Assembly: GCA_020891255.1 (NCBI GenBank) | Contig: BQFW01000010.1 | Span: 806,001-870,000 of the forward strand | DNA: 64,000 bases | Source of the DNA: Entomortierella parvispora E1425 | Taxonomy: Eukaryota > Fungi > Mortierellomycota | Reading direction: 5' to 3' | In this document: positions 11,141 to 23,410 of the stretch, one piece after another | How positions within the stretch are numbered: position 1 is the stretch's first letter | Layout of the letters: each line of letters begins with the position of its first letter | Position numbers and translations under genes: made by a program | Notes under the pieces: generated by a model | Database searches by the model: none | Seen by the model: only the letters and a program-made list of their open reading frames with translations | What the model was told of the DNA's origin: nothing

Positions 11141-13002
11141 ATGTCTGATCCTAACACCATTCCTGTCGAGGGCGAGGACACCGAGGTCCTGGACGATGGC
11201 ACCAAGAATATCCTCATGGGGATCATTGCCCAGTTAGGCAAAAGCACAGACTTGTCGCGAGTCACCCTTCCCACCTTTGTCTTGGAACCCAGGAGCATGC
11301 TTGAGCGCATTACAGACTTCATGTCGCACCCTCAGCTCATTAACCAGTAAGTCAAGATTGTTTTCGTCTACAATGTCAACGCTGCAGCTTTAACCAGAAC
11401 GACGATAACGGGAAAAAGAGAGTTTCGTTAGAGGTTGGTGTTTTGGAGTTCAGGTTTGCTCTTGCCCTATTCCGAGGCCAGAGCTCTGAACACCGTGGAG
11501 GGCTGTGTGCTTGCCAAGACAATCTCAAGGGACGCGGGTCTAGTCTTGTTAGCACCGGAAGCATCTATACGCATAGCGCACAGGAGATCCAATCGAGTTA
11601 CCGGATGTTCACCTCTGACCATTCAGCGACAAGAGACGACAACAGGACGCATTGAGGATGTAGTTTTGACCTCTGACTCTTATTATCGCCTAGTGCAAAC
11701 CAGTTGCAGGACCCAGTCGAGCGCTTTGTAGCAGTTACCCGATACTTCCTCTCAGGATGGCATATTAAACCCAAGGTATCGATGGCATCAGAGGAGTGGA
11801 CTGGAAGTCGGTCATGTTCAGTATCATTAGTATAGCTAGCTGACTTATTGCATGATCCGTCGCCTGCCCCTTGGGCTCTTACAGGGAGTAAAAAAGCCGT
11901 ACAATCCCATTCTGGGCGAGCAATTTCGCGCGCAATGGAAATTTGAAGATGGCACAGAGGCATTCTACGTAGCGGAGCAAGTATCTCACCACCCACCTAT
12001 CTCTGCATACTACTACGCCAGTCCAGAGAACAACCTCAGTATCCTTGGTGATCTCCTGCCAAAGTCGAGGTTCCTTGGGAACAGTGCTGCGACTCTCATG
12101 CAGGGCGAAATCAAGGTTTCGTTTACCAATCGTCCAGACGAAGATTACATTATCACTATGCCAAATGTCTACGCGCGCGGTATTCTCTTTGGAACGATGC
12201 TGATGGAGTTAGGAGATGAAGCTGCGGTCAAGTGCCCTAAACTAGACTTGGTCTGCACGTTGGAGTTCAAGGTCAAGGTACTGCCCGAGAGGTTGTGTAG
12301 CGGCTGTTGATATCTTACATACATGACTGGAGCTAATATGCGCGTTAAATACCTTAGGGCTTTTTTTCGGGTTCGTACAACAGCATTGCAGGCAAAATCA
12401 TGCGCGAGTCGACGGGAGAGACACTTTACGAGATCTCCGGAAAGTGGTCTGATGAAATTTTTATCAAAAAGGTACACTCTTAAAATTTCAAAGGAGTTTT
12501 TGCTGTTTGGCGTCGATTCTCTCGGGCTGACCTGCTTGTTGCCATGGAAATAGGGACCCAATAAGGATGTATTGTTTGATGCCAAGACTGCCAAAATCCA
12601 GCCGAAGATTGTTGCTCCAGAAGATCAGCAGGAGCCCAATGAATCTCGCAGACTTTGGAGTAACTTGACAGCAGCCCTCAAGGTGAATAATCAGGATCTG
12701 GCGACTACTGAGAAGAGCAAAGTCGAGGACGCACAGCGTGCAAGGACGAAGGCACGAGCAGACAAAGGGCATCCCCATGTTCCACGATACTTTGATTCAG
12801 ATGGAAAGGGAGGGTTTGATATCAAGCTGAAAAAGTAAGTAGCCACACTGTGATGATATGACATTGCTTAAGGTTCAAGAGATGCAACGTTGGGTCCTAA
12901 AACGAAGAACTCTCATTCTGCTATAGCATTTCATCGGATCCATTGGAAGCCAAGCGACAAATCGTAGACTTCATTTTTAACACGCCAGCACCTACCAACT
13001 AA
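11141..13002 (+). CDS. Oxysterol-binding protein homolog (Osh6/Osh7-like lipid transfer protein); multi-exon
   Basis: DLSRVTLPTFVLEPRSMLE, KKPYNPILGEQF, EQVSHHPPISAYY (OSBP signature), PKSRFLGNS, YARGILFG, KSKVEDAQRAR. Terminal exon ends ...FNTPAPTN TAA at 13002. Confidence 0.93.
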
Positions 13003-13400
13003 GAAAGCCGGCATTAAAATAAAAATGCAGCTAAACGGCTAAACAGCTCTACTATTCAAAAAAAAAATTGTCATCTATATTTTGCTTGAGGCTCCTGCAC
13101 ACGAGGGGAAAAAAGCCAAGGGGAGGGAGGATTAGGCCGAAAAAGATGGGGTAGTACCCAACTTTCAAGGAGGGTTGTCAATGTGTGTTGGAAGAGGGTG
13201 AAGGGCCATCTTACTTGCCACGCTGTTCCTTCTGGCCTACCCCTTTCTCTGTGAACGAACACCTCCTGGTTGGATTTCCCCATTGGCTCTCAAGAGGCTT
13301 TGAAAGTGAAGGCATCTCCTTGGTGTTGGCCAAAGCCAAGGTCACTGTCTGCTTCGCTTATTTGCTCTTCTTCTTACTCACATTCCTTCAGTCATTACGC

Positions 13401-16400
13401 ATGTCACGTCAGCCTTCCCTCAGCACATCCATAGTCAGCACACTGCCAACTCACGCATGCGACGGCCCATGCCACTTAACTGTCTCTTGTACGACTTCAG
13501 TTCCAGACGACCCTTTGGAACCGTCACTACCAATGTCACAGCATCAAGCTTATCAGCAGGCAACCTCGACCTTAATCGAAGGCGCCTTAGTTATCTCCTT
13601 ATTGACCACTTTAATAGCCCTGACCTTATTTTCGTATGTGCGAACGAGAAGGGAGTCTATATTTGCCAGTCGGAGGTTCTTTATCAAAACCGACCATCAG
13701 GCCGATAGTCTCCCAGTCACTTTTTGGGGCTGGATGGATGGCTTGTTATTTTTGGAGAGTCGGCTTGAGAAGGTGACGGCAAGTCAGAAAACACAATCCA
13801 CCGCCTTCGTGCCAGACACCTCAACAACTGCAGGATCCACTGCACCTCCTAATGTTCACAGGCAGTCCCTATGGGCTCGATTTATGAAACCACCCCGTAG
13901 TTCAAAGCCAGCGAGCAAAGTCCCGGTAGACAAAGAGGCGAGTGAGCGAGCAGTTATTCAGGGCAAAGAAGAAGAAGTCCAAAGCGGCGACACTCGTAAA
14001 GAAAGGCAAGATACCGCCGCAGCGACCGCGGCGACGACGCCCTCCTCCACAAGTCCTCCTATGTCCTCGATATTTTCCTCAGCAGTAAATGCCGCCACAA
14101 TCTCAAGCGAATCCACCTCTGGACGACAGGCTTTGATAGCCAAGACAGGGTTAGACCATTACTTGCTTATTAGGTTTTTAAAGATGCTGTTCTCTTTTTC
14201 AGTCACCATCGGAGGATTCTCTATACTGGTTTTGGTGCCGCTCTATAGTTTCGGCCAGTCCGGGGAAGATCCAAGCAGGAGTCTGCCACAAGGACAAAAG
14301 CCACCTCGACGAATCGAGAGCCTACAAATAGGAAATGTGACCGACAGTGCGCGACTCTGGGCAGCAGTGTTTGTCACCTCGATCGTACCAGGTAACAAGG
14401 AGGAACCTCAGTTTTTTAGGTCTACGCGGACGGACAGGCATTTCAGTAACACTCATATCTTCAAATGGTTCCATATCCAGTTGTTTCTCTAGTCTGGTGT
14501 TGGTATGAGTTAATGACATATCTGAAATTGCGACAGGAGTTCTTGTTCCGTTCTTCGACTCGATCCTCGTCTCGCGTGGTTCTTCTCCAGGACCTTCCCC
14601 CATCGCTTCGATCTGTTCAGTCTCTGATACGACTCTTTTCAGACTCTCCAGGTGGCGGGGTTGAACATGTGTATTTGATCCGAGATACAAGAGCGCTTGA
14701 ACGCGCTGTAAAACAACGTCAAAACTGTCTTGATCGACTGGAGAAGGCAGAAGTCCTGTATATGGATGCGATCGCTAGGGCGTCTGCCTTGGTAGCGTCA
14801 ACAACCCTGTTAGGACGATCTACATCATCTATAGGAAGGATGATCTACGGTGTACAATCATTTCTTGGTGGTAGAACCCGCATGACAGAGTCCAGCCTGT
14901 CTCATAATGGAAATGAAAAGGCTAAAATGGTGGCTATTACGTCTGTGGAAACTAAGGGCGAGAATCGCAAAGGATCAGGAAAATTGAATCAACATTCCGA
15001 CGAGGATGATTACGTAGGGCCGTTGAAGCTCTACCAGTTGGAGGATGTTCCACAGCTGTCACTGACAGATCTGTCAAAATCTGCACTTTGTGCTCCATCC
15101 TCAACCACGACTATCCCAGCTGAGGAAGGGCAAGAAAGCCCCACAAGCATTGGTGTCTGTACAGCGGTTTCGGGACTTTCGACATTGAAGTGGTTTCAAA
15201 AACCGCGGCGACCTCATCACTTCATCGGAATCCCATTACTGGGTAAAAGGCAAGATTCGATTAGATATTACCGTGGAGAACTCTGCCGACTGAACAAAAC
15301 GATCGCCCGACTTTCAGAGGAGCAAAGAAAGGCTGTGGCCGCTGACCAAGAGCTACAGTTGCAAATGCAAAACGAGCTTCAGAGAGAGTACACTCAGCGT
15401 CGACAATCAAGGCAGCGTAATGACCCACAGCAAACATGCCCGCCAACGATAGCATCTCTCTCTGCTCAAGGCGCCGATCAACTGCCTGATACTGAGAGAA
15501 CAGGAGAGGCGACAACATTGGCCCCTTTACCCTCAGCATTCCTCCTCATGCGCACCAGGGCAGGGGCTAGATCTATAATCTCCGGGGCAGCAGCCTCAGA
15601 GCAGATCGCGTCACATCTGAGAATACTCGGTATCACACCTCGCGATATCGATTGGCGCGTCCTTGGGCAAGGCGACAGATCTAGGCTTGGCAAGGTTTTT
15701 GGAAGACTTGTGGTCATTGCTATTGGAGCAGTTCTTCTTGTGGGCTGTGGGCTCGTTGTGGTGGCGACTGCACAGTTTGGTGATGATAAGCTAGAGCCCG
15801 GCATCACTGTTTCTGTCAGGTGGATCCTGTCACCGTTGCTTTTGACAGGTCTGATGTTAGCCGCTTCCTGGATTCTGAACGGTACAGAGAGACGGTTTGC
15901 TTTTATATCTGTAATGATAGTAAACAAATGACTAACGGACTCTGCAACATTTTTACGATATTTAAGAGCTGTGTCAATACTGGGGTCGCGTCTCCAAAGT
16001 GCAAACCGAGCTGTCGATGCAGCGATGTTATTTCTTGTTTCTGGTAAAAGATGTGATTCTTAAACTATCGATCGCTTACAGCATGTCACTAACAACGTCA
16101 CTGAATCGATACCTTATGAACTTTGTAGATCATCAACATTGGCCTGATTCATCCTATCGCCTCTCTTTCTTTCTCATGGCAAGAGTCCGTGTTGGCAACA
16201 CCAAGCAGTCAACCCGCATTTCTAGTCCACGCGATTCCCTCCTATTGCTCATTTGCATTTTCATATGTCCTTATTGCAGGGTTGACGCTCCCTCTTTTCC
16301 AACTCCTGCAATTACCACGATTAATTGCAACTTTGCCAGGAATCACCTTGTGGTCAACAATAGGGCCTCTCTCTTGGAGAAAGTCTACTCTACAGTCTTC

Positions 16401-19119
16401 AAGGAAACATGACAGTGAGCGCACTATGGGCACAACTATCCCTCCAGGATTGCCGCCAAATAACACTAGATTACCTACATCATCCTGGGCAAATGATAAC
16501 TACGCAGAGCATGCCCACGATGAAAAGGCCTCCCTGTTTGAAGCCAATTTTGCACCAGCTCCAACACTGACACCCCGTCAGGCGTTCCAGCTCCGTCAGC
16601 CACCTTTCTTTCATCTTCAGAACCTCTACCCACACCTAGTCCTTCTCTTCACCGTTTCTCTCACCTTGATGCCTTTATCGCCACTGCTTTTCCTTCTCTG
16701 GGTCTTTGTCCTGGCCATTCTCAATCTTTCTTACCGATACCTTATCCTGCAAGTTGTGACGACCAAAAATCAGTCTGGTGGATTACACTATCGACAGGCC
16801 ATTGGCCTTTTGATGTTTCCCACGTTGGCCTGTCCACCATTTGTTTTGGCCCTTTTTCTGATTATAAGACAAGCCTGGGCTCAAGCAGGGATCATGATTG
16901 TGGTACTTTTGGCTGTCTTAGGAGCGAGGGTCGTAGTGGGCCGTCAGTTTGAAAAGAGAGAAAAGAAGATGTTAAGTCAAGTTGAAACGTTTCACCTTCA
17001 GCCAAAAGTACGACTGGACACTCGAGACGGCACAAGTAAGACGATGGCCACAGGTTTGCAACCTCCCCGCAACGGTACCCATTCACCAGTTTTAAAAAAA
17101 GCTCCCACTGCGGCAACGAACGCGGCCACTGTAACCAGCAATAGTACGACTATTGTGGGGTTGTGCCAATTGAGATGCGAAACAAGTGGGGCGACTAGTT
17201 TGACAAGTCTTCCGCACAGTCCTCTGGCAGCATCTCCCATGGATTTGGAGTCTGGTTACACTCCCAACGGTGCTAATCTTAGCAGCAGTGCCAATGGCGA
17301 GGGCCAAATCAGGGGTGATATGACCGAGGCTGACGAGCTTTATTTATCGCCTGTTCGTCGACGGATGAAGAGGATTATGCAGCGACCGACAACCATTATT
17401 GGCCAAGTCCGTCATTCCCTTGTTGCTAGTATCATATCTCAAGGAGCGGCCAGCAGTGCTGACGGATCGTCTAGCCCCCGACCCAAAAGTGTGCCCATTT
17501 TTGATCTGGAACGGTACGAGAAGGAAATCTTGGGTATATCGGGCTCCCATCACCGCCGAAGTCATAAAGGCGAGCACGACTTCAGTCAGCACGACGGCGA
17601 CACAACCATGGTGGAGTCCCTGCAGATACGAAGAGGTCGCCATGGCGATGGTGAGCAAATGTCAACTAGTACACCTATGGAAAAGGTGGCGCTCGATATC
17701 TTCCACCATCCCAAGGTTTCTGACCAACTCGCCCGATCCCATACTACCACACTGACCACAAGGTCTTTGGCGCAATATGGCCAAGATCTCTTCGGCTCTG
17801 ACACTCAATCATTCTTTTCTCCGAGCTATAATGGTAACGGCATCGCCCCGGCCTCTGTGATCCGGTCCAAAGAAGAAGAAGTAGATGAGGAAAAAGAGGC
17901 GAAGTATAGAGAGATCGTCATGGCCCTTCGACGTGCCAGCTCTGTCGCCTCAAGAAAGGGCAGTACTCTAGATTCACGACGCATGCAAGCTGCTGGACCT
18001 TCATCCACCCTAGAAGCAGTGACTGAGTCTAGGTTGATAGCAGGTCCATATGCCCGAAGAAGCCCTATGCCAGGTGCGAGCAGCAATATGCACCATCGCG
18101 TCTCGCTCCCCAACCTTCTCGACACTTATGGTGCTGCATCGCCCCCTCCTCACTCTCGGAGTTCTGCTCGCCATCTCCAGAATCCCTATCTTCAACAGGC
18201 TTTTCACTCCAACCTGTCCACCCCTTCTACTTCTTCGATCTCGACACATCTCCGTTGTTCTGGTGGAGCACCCAGTCTGCCCATGCTTCTGATTCACCGC
18301 GAATCCGCCGTGGCAGCAAAAGAGACGAGCCGCATCCGGAACCTTTACCTGAACCCAGTTCTTCAAGAAGCTCGCGCCCGAGTCATAGTATGGCTGCCCA
18401 GTCAGACTGAAGTCTCCTTCATGGGAGGACCAAATGCAAGTGTTTCCTCCCATGGCAGTAGTGCCAGAGCCGACTGGGGCCACTGTAGATATCACGCAGC
18501 ATTGCGGGTTGTTGGCGCCACCAGTGGCAACGTTCAATTGGGTGTCGCTGGAGCTGGAGCAAGTGATCGATTGTTCAGTGCACACAAGAGTCAAGAAGGA
18601 ACTGACGAAAAGCAGGAAGATCAAGACTCTCCTCCTCAGCAACGGACGAATACTGCCCAGAGCATAAGTTATCCTTGCACATGCCGGGTATACCAAGAGC
18701 TGCTCAAGTATGTAGCGGACGCGGTGGCACTTGCGGACCAAGAGATTCGAGACCTTCGGACCATGGGACTCACTGTCTGGCTGGACTCGCGCCATGTAGT
18801 TTGGGGAACAGAAAAGGAGCAGGACGGCCGTCTTGGAGATCGGGTCATGGTCTCAACAGGCCCTGCCTGTGGCGGTATCAGTAATGGCATCAGAGGTCAA
18901 AGCCTCCCTCAACAACAAATAGGCGATGGGTTGTTATCCTGGCTAGAGCCTGAAAATCCAGACTCAGGTCGTCACCATTCGACACATTTGGGAACTGGCG
19001 CAGTCGGGATTATTGGAGGGTCGATAGGCGTGATCATGAAGCGTCCGATCGGGGCATACGGACGTCTTGTTGGTGATGGTGAGGAGGACGAAATTCCACG
19101 AGGATGGCATGGCATGTAG
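13401..19119 (+). CDS. Divergent CSC1/OSCA/TMEM63 (Rsn1/Phm7-like) membrane protein with long disordered C-tail
   Basis: RSN1_TM-like (LPVTFWGWM; GLDHYLLIRFLKML), cytosolic SSRVVLLQDLP, PSAFL, PRDIDWRVL, 7TM-like QRCYFLFLIINIGL and SFAFSYVLIAGL, and tail motif YLNPVL...IVWLP...DQEI. Three GT-AG introns join the ORF-track pieces in frame. Confidence 0.8.
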
Positions 19120-19187
19120 TCACCTCATAGTACCACATAGCATCAAAGAGATATATCAATACCTTAGTAATAACTAGTTGCCTTTAT

Positions 19188-21480
19188 TTACATCCTCTCC
19201 AATGGTTCAAGTCCAAGTACCCGCAAGCCATTGCCGAGGGTCACTCGCGCTGCCCAAAGCAGCAGTCTTCTGGACTCTGCCAATTCTGTGTCTCCAGCGT
19301 CCATAGCAGGTTTGACTTGGAGAACTTGATTTGCGGTACTGATTGCATGCGAGAGTCCAAAGAGATAGTTCACAATCAGTGAAGGCTCAAACGTCTGCAG
19401 AGTGGAGAATGTCACTTCTGGATACATGGATATCGCGTTAGCCAAGTCAAAGGCTTCAGGCTCTGACAACAGCTCGGTTCTGGCTTCGAAGTTCAGTCGC
19501 GTTCCAGACTTTTCTTCGATTCTGTGAAGGCAATATTCATACCCAGGAGACAAGAAAAAGTAATTAGTAAGATGGCCAAACAGCGATTCACTCCAGTGTC
19601 ACCTTGGTCCAATTGAGATTCACTTACCCACAGAGACGTGCATGGGCATACTGAAGGTAGATTCCAGTGTTGCCTGTGGATTCCGTCATTCGTTTCCAGC
19701 TAAAGTCATAGCCTTTGCTACTCTTTGCTTGGAAGTCTTGAATGACCACAGCAGAAATCCCAAGCTTGTCCGCTACCTGCTTAACACCATCCTGTGCATT
19801 GTGAAGTACATCCAGCGAAGAGCCTTGCGAGTTTTCATCATTTTGCTGTTGCTGGATAGACTGCTTCACAGCCTCGTATCTTGTCTCGTTCTCCTTCATC
19901 CTCTCGAGCATGGTGGTCTGTGCGGTATCCAAAATATCTTCTAAAAAGATAGCGGTGCCTTTCCGAGTTGACATGCCCTGAACTTTACCAAATGAAATGT
20001 GCTCCAGGTTTCTACTCCAGTGAGACTTGTCATGGTTTGTGGATGGGTCGAGCTTTTTCGCAAATGCTAGTTCCATAATCTTGAAAAGCCTCTTCATGTG
20101 CAAGTTCTGGTCATCTCCGATCATATAGAGGTGGCGATCAAACTTGAATTTCTCGGCCCTTTGCAAACACGCCGCCACATCCCTGGTCAGGTACAGTGTC
20201 GTCCCATCAGCTCGACGAAGGGTACAGACCCCTAATCCATACTCAGTTAAATCCACGGTCCAGGCTCCATCCTCCTGTTCCTGTAATAACCCAGTTTCCC
20301 GCAACAGAGCGTAGGCTTGCGGAACAAATTGCGCACTCTCGGATTCACCCGAGTAAACGTCAAACTCAATCCCTAATCGTTTGTACATGACCTTATAAAA
20401 GTCGATGGAGAGAGATCGAAACTCTTGCCAGAGTGAAAGCACCATAGGGTCATTTTCTTCCATGCGCTTGAAATATTCGTTTGCCTTCCTGTCCAGCTCT
20501 GGATTTTCGACAATATCCTTGTTGATCTTGACATAGACATTGTACAGGTGCTTAATCGGGTCCTTGACGAGTTCTGCTCGATCTCCATATCGATCAAAAC
20601 CAACAGCCATCAAACCTACAATCAAATGAACTCACATAAGTATATTCCATAAGTTTCGTAGGCCCTGTCCAAGCAAGAGAGCTCGAGGTGGGAAACATAC
20701 CGTATTGTTTTCCCCAATCGCCCAAGTAGTTGATACCAATGACATGATATCCAAATCCTCGCAGTAACCTGGATGCAAAGTTTCCAAGGATGGTCCCACG
20801 TAAATGACCACCATGGAATGGTTTGGCGATATTTGGAGAACTATAGTCGATGGCAACCACCTGTCCTTTACCGATCGACGCATCCATGCCATAGCCCAGA
20901 TGATCGCTACTTTTCAAAGAAGCATTCAATTCTGAATCGCTTTTGTGAGAGTCCAAAAAGCGCAGTTTCGCAGTTTCGGCCAGAATAACGTCCTGAATTG
21001 TGTCCCGGGTATATTGCTTCTCATCGACGCCAAAGTTCAAAAACTGCCCAGCTGGTGTTACCGAGCGGATCAATCCCGTAGTATCAAACTACGATACCAG
21101 AAAGTATATGCTTCTATTAGATCTCATTATCTCACTGAAGCTCGCATTATATTAGGCACATGAAAACTTACGTCATGTCGTAATTGTGACAGTAGATCAG
21201 CCTTGGCAGAATTATTTCCTTGGTCGCGGACAAGCACCCTCTTTGCTTTGCCAGGTCCCGCTGACGCTGTTTGCGCTGTAGATAAGGCGCCATCGAGTGC
21301 TTTTGATTTCTTCTTGGGTAGGGTGGTGTTTGAGGGGAATAGGCGAGGCAAAGGGATGGCAAAGGTTCCGAGTCCCTTCACCTTTGGTCGATCGATGGCT
21401 CGGGCTATCAAAGCGGAGTCTCCACCGGTCAGCATAGCCAGCTGTCCTGCAATCACATTCTTGAACCGCGCTGATGTCAT
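19188..21480 (-). CDS. Arginyl-tRNA synthetase, mitochondrial-type (RARS2/MSR1-like); 4 exons
   Basis: [24 protein letters not shown] (HIGH-like), [43 protein letters not shown]-terminal DALR-type anticodon domain ending PLERM. Confidence 0.95.
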
Positions 21481-21786
21481 GACACTAAAGCAATGGTCAT
21501 GTCCATGAAATGGGGGAAGGAAGGAATGCAGAGCACACCAGAGGTAAAAGAATATGTGCCTGGCATGGGTGGCTTAGCTCGGGGCTCTGCGGGTTGGTGG
21601 CAACCGTTTCTTGTTTTTTTCTTTCGATGCCTGTTCACTCGCACTGCGTTGCGCAGACAGGATCCTTTGCAACAAAGTAAAAGGCACATTCGTTATTTGG
21701 GGGAGCTAGCTTTTGGTTTTTATTTACATTGCAGACAAAGAGGATGCGAAGGGAGGGGAATATGATCAAAAGGTTGTTTTTGCTGT

Positions 21787-22470
21787 TTAAGCGGTCTCGG
21801 TCTTCTTTCCGGGCTGGGTGGTCAAGCGGAGGTAGGGCTTGACGGTGCGGAAACCGGGGAAGAGGGTGGCAGCCTCCTCGTTGGAGACCGAGGGGTGGAC
21901 AATGACATCGTCGCCGTTCTTCCAGTTGGCGGGGGTGGTGATTCGGTTCTTATCACCAATCTGGAGGGAGTCAACAACGCGCAAGATCTCGTCAAAGTTG
22001 CGGCCGGTCGAGGCGGGGTAGGACAAGGTCAAGCGGATGGTCTTCTTGGGGTCGATGATGAAGACGGAGCGGACGGTGAATGGGATACCCTTGGCATCGA
22101 GGTTAGTCAAATCCTGGTAATCCAACATATCGTACAAGGTCGAGATCTCGCGGGAATCGTCGGCGATAATGGGGAAGTTCAAGCTGACATTGTTGACCTC
22201 GTTGATATCGTCGATCCAACGCTCGTGGGATTCGAGGCCATTGGCGGAGAGTCCAATGACCTTGACGTTGCGCTCAGTGAACTTGTCCTGGAGACGGGCA
22301 ACCTCGCCAAGCTCGGTGGTGCAAACGGGAGTGAAATCGGCGGGGTGGGAGAAGAGAATGACCCAGGAGTTGCCAATGAAGTCGTGGAACTGGATCTCGC
22401 CCTTGGTAGTCTGGGCCTTGAAGTCAGGGGCGATGGAGCCAAGACGGAGGGGGGCACGGGAGGGGGACAT
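21787..22470 (-). CDS. PRX1: 1-Cys peroxiredoxin (Prx6 family), intronless
   Basis: LFSHPADFTPVCTTELG active-site motif, TVRSVFIIDP, YPASTGRNFDEILRV, TPANW. Strong C/G-ending codon bias. Confidence 0.97.
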   Translation of the reverse strand: MSPSRAPLRLGSIAPDFKAQTTKGEIQFHDFIGNSWVILFSHPADFTPVCTTELGEVARLQDKFTERNVKVIGLSANGLESHERWIDDINEVNNVSLNFPIIADDSREISTLYDMLDYQDLTNLDAKGIPFTVRSVFIIDPKKTIRLTLSYPASTGRNFDEILRVVDSLQIGDKNRITTPANWKNGDDVIVHPSVSNEEAATLFPGFRTVKPYLRLTTQPGKKTETA

Positions 22471-23410
22471 GGTTGCTATTATATGTAGATGGGGTTGCGA
22501 AAGAGAGTGTGGGGAGAAAGAGAAAAAAGAAGAGGAAAAGGGCGAAAGGGTGGGGACCTTTTATTCAATAAGCGCAAGGGCGAAACGTGAAAGACGACAG
22601 AAGACGACGAACAAAAGATTGAAAAAGCAGTCCTCGAGAATTGCGCGATCGGTCTTTGCGGTGGCGACGGGTTTCTTTCTGTTGCTCTTCCTCGCTTTCT
22701 TTCGTCTCGTTCTCGATATCGCGTCTGTTTGACTCTTGAGCCTCTCCCTCTGAGGTCGCAAATCACGCCATCGACCACCACCTTGGTTGCCAGATGCACG
22801 CACGCACACAGACACACACTCACGCACGCACGCACACTCGCACGCACACACCCTGCGTGCGACAAAAAGATCCGACCTCTCGCGTCCTTTTTGTCAATAA
22901 GGTTCTGTTGCTTTCGATGGTGCGATCGTTCACATCTGCTCGTTCTGTCACAGTGGTGCTTTTCTCTTTCATCGCCTCTGGGCTGGTTTCTAGCATTATC
23001 GATCATTCATTTTAGCACCATCGCTCCCTATTCTCACACCTTCACCATCATCGTTGTCTTGGCTCTGGCTCAATCTTCGAGCATTTTACCTCCTTCACCA
23101 TACTTTAGTTCTCGCACTTTTATTCATCTCGACCACTCTGTTCCCATCTCCTCTCTTTACCTGAGACGCTACCTCAATTGTCACCCACTACTATCACCGT
23201 TCAGTTACAATTCTTTTTCCCTCTCTCTTTCAACAACATAGTTGATGACAGGGACAGGACCTTTATAAACGCCATTGCGTTTGTATGGGAAGTATCTAAG
23301 GGATTGTACAAATAAAACGACATCTATGATTCCACTGCGCTAGGTTGAAAGAAAGGAAAGGGGAGTGGAGAGTTATGGAGTCGAGTGCTGTCAATCCAGA
23401 CCCAATTCAT

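Noticed and set aside
21895-22488. 197-aa + strand ORF
   Set aside because: Antisense shadow of PRX1, produced by its strong C/G-ending codon bias.
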